64,000 nucleotides of DNA from Limisphaerales bacterium (GTDB lineage: Bacteria > Verrucomicrobiota > Verrucomicrobiia > Limisphaerales > SIBE01): contig JBGAIN010000001.1 in the NCBI GenBank assembly GCA_044225505.1, forward strand, positions 83,642 to 147,641, given 5' to 3'. Positions 63,920-64,000 of the stretch are shown piece after piece. Each line of letters opens with the position of its first letter. Position 1 is the stretch's first letter. The position numbers and the translations under genes are program-made. The notes beneath the pieces are model-generated. The model made no database searches. It had not been told where the DNA came from and saw only the letters and a list, made by a program, of their open reading frames with translations.

Positions 63920-64000
63920 CGGATGGCGACAGGTAAGGGAACAAATCGGGCGCTTCGCTCATTGCGATAGATTTTGACAACCTCTTGCACAGAAGGCCCG
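63916..64000 (-). CDS. DUF3450-like protein, 3' end only
   Basis: GPSVQEVVKIYRNERSARFVPLPVAIR*; stop overlaps the next ATG (ATGA); expected position at the head of TonB2-like operons. Confidence 0.6.
   Translation of the reverse strand, partial: GPSVQEVVKIYRNERSARFVPLPVAIR

Overview
GC-rich bacterial chromosomal window, most likely Verrucomicrobiota (Pedosphaera-like). The taxon is inferred from prepilin/H-X9-DG proteins, ECF-sigma/Ser-Thr-kinase pairs, SxDLxxW...FYR C-terminal domains and 'IRLLTSAAT'-type REPs. No rRNA, tRNA, CRISPR array, integrase or transposase was seen. Layout: (1) 1-19.7 kb is an all-minus-strand block: Ser/Thr kinase, ECF sigma, PQQ-propeller, prepilin-like protein, cytochrome c/sugar dehydrogenase fusion, DUF362 protein, then six alpha/beta hydrolases with a cupin-CMD fusion and an aldo-keto reductase. 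Five copies of an unannotated, identically spaced 38-bp promoter-like motif tie the block together. (2) 19.8-30.2 kb is a mosaic of pseudogene fragments, a multiheme cytochrome, an aldehyde dehydrogenase, a duplicated fibre-like protein, a VOC protein and a beta-CASP nuclease. (3) An SNF2 ATPase + SWIM pair is followed by a secreted hypothetical and a non-coding element made of two 48-bp palindromes and an 11-bp tandem repeat. (4) LVIVD protein, GT2, CIA30, GH29 fucosidase, a zincin-PQQ fusion, and two paralogues of an unrecognised ~500-aa domain (one fused to a SASA esterase) flanking a second ECF/kinase/prepilin module. (5) A TonB2-like operon (DUF3450-long ExbB-ExbB-ExbD-TonB-TPR-TBDR) with a 1-nt frameshift in the long ExbB. 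The best candidate new system is a kinase-activated ECF regulon that co-expresses a pilin-like protein with secreted cargo sharing a C-terminal sorting-like domain. All family calls come from reading motifs, not from database searches.
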